Source of the DNA: a virus
Lineage: Duplodnaviria; Caudoviricetes
Length of the DNA stretch: 59,401 bases
Reading direction: 5' to 3' (one strand)
IMG/VR virus record: IMGVR_UViG_3300037529_000001
Span: 1 to 59,401 of that record
Shown: piece after piece, positions 58,695 to 59,401 of the stretch
How the letters are laid out: each line of letters opens with the position of its first letter
Numbering within the stretch: the stretch's first letter is position 1
The notes under the pieces: generated by a model
Databases searched by the model: none
What the model was told of the DNA's origin: nothing
Seen by the model: the letters and a program-made list of their open reading frames with translations, nothing else
Made by a program: the position numbers and the translations under genes

Positions 58695-59401
58695 ATGGGC
58701 GTAGAGCGGCTAAAACCATCAACCCCTAGTCGACTACAGGGGCCAAAACATCCATATTTCAATGAACATGTTCGTTATTTCTCAAATTCAGAGATCCAGA
58801 CCTTTAAAGATTGCCGTCGTAAGTGGTGGCTTTCATACTATCGTGGTCTTACACCAAAAGAGCATAAGTTTCTAGGACCACTGGCCATTGGTGGTCGCAT
58901 TCATCGTGCTCTTCAGGATTGGTACGTTCCTATCACGCAGTGGCGTCTAGATCCACGTGATTCCATTGAACTTCACATTGAGGGTGATCTAGCAACAGTA
59001 ATAAAAGTTTATGGTGATGAACCACCTGAAAATTTTATGAAACAATTTTATAAAGAAGCTGATCTTGAACGAATTATGCTCGATGGTTATATGGATTGGC
59101 TTGAAGAAACGGGTGCTGATGAACCGTACCAGATCATAGCACCTGAAGAATATGTAGAAATGCCATGGTCTGCAGAACGATTTGATGATCGTGTAGCAAT
59201 GCTCATTGGTCGTCTTGACGTACGTATTCGTCATCTACATTCTGGTATGATGTTCTTTATGGATCATAAGACACTTGCCAGCATTGACACACCTTTGCTT
59301 GTTAGTGATGAACAAATGCTTATGTACACACTATTGCTTAAAAGTGTCGTAGGTGATACCGCAGGCGCAATCTATAATATGTTGAAGAAAGTTCGTAGAT
59401 C
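58695..59401 (+). CDS. Cas4-like/PD-(D/E)XK exonuclease, N-terminal part (not in ORF track)
   Basis: SNSEIQTFKDCRRKWW, G.RIH.AL, GRLD, DHKT, QMLMY; runs off the window end. Confidence 0.85.
   Translation, partial: MGVERLKPSTPSRLQGPKHPYFNEHVRYFSNSEIQTFKDCRRKWWLSYYRGLTPKEHKFLGPLAIGGRIHRALQDWYVPITQWRLDPRDSIELHIEGDLATVIKVYGDEPPENFMKQFYKEADLERIMLDGYMDWLEETGADEPYQIIAPEEYVEMPWSAERFDDRVAMLIGRLDVRIRHLHSGMMFFMDHKTLASIDTPLLVSDEQMLMYTLLLKSVVGDTAGAIYNMLKKVRR

Overview
This window is an essentially complete, apparently circularly permuted ~59.4 kb siphovirus genome. The Cas4-like gene at the right end continues at the left end, with a short junction gap. WhiB, a cluster-B/Rosebush-like hexamer+pentamer capsid module and an actinobacterial-type Prim-Pol point to an actinobacterial host, although the DNA looks only moderately GC-rich. 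No integrase or repressor was recognised, so it is probably lytic. Layout: replication/recombination and DNA-modification genes (+, 48.1 kb through the junction to 6.3 kb); lysis (6.3-7.7 kb); DUF932/WhiB (8-10.1 kb); virion genes with embedded glycan-synthesis genes (-, 10.2-34.3 kb); small genes, AAGATC arrays, small terminase and an iteron cluster (34-41.6 kb); an early leftward operon (39.5-44.4 kb); and a 12-tRNA cluster mixed with several atypical tRNA-like RNAs (45.3-47.4 kb). Top candidates for new biology: (1) a T-even-like cytosine hypermodification pathway (Asp-type thymidylate-synthase homologue, kinase, dCMP deaminase, gp56-like dCTPase, beta-glucosyltransferase-like GT) extended by a STELLO/RGP-like enzyme and a divergent C5-methyltransferase; (2) four ~45-nt mini-tRNA (acceptor + T-arm) elements punctuating early mRNA; (3) tRNA-like RNAs with rebuilt anticodon arms and a ~280-nt structured RNA; (4) an AAGATC-N23-TANNNT promoter family. 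All calls come from reading motifs by eye; no database searches were run.
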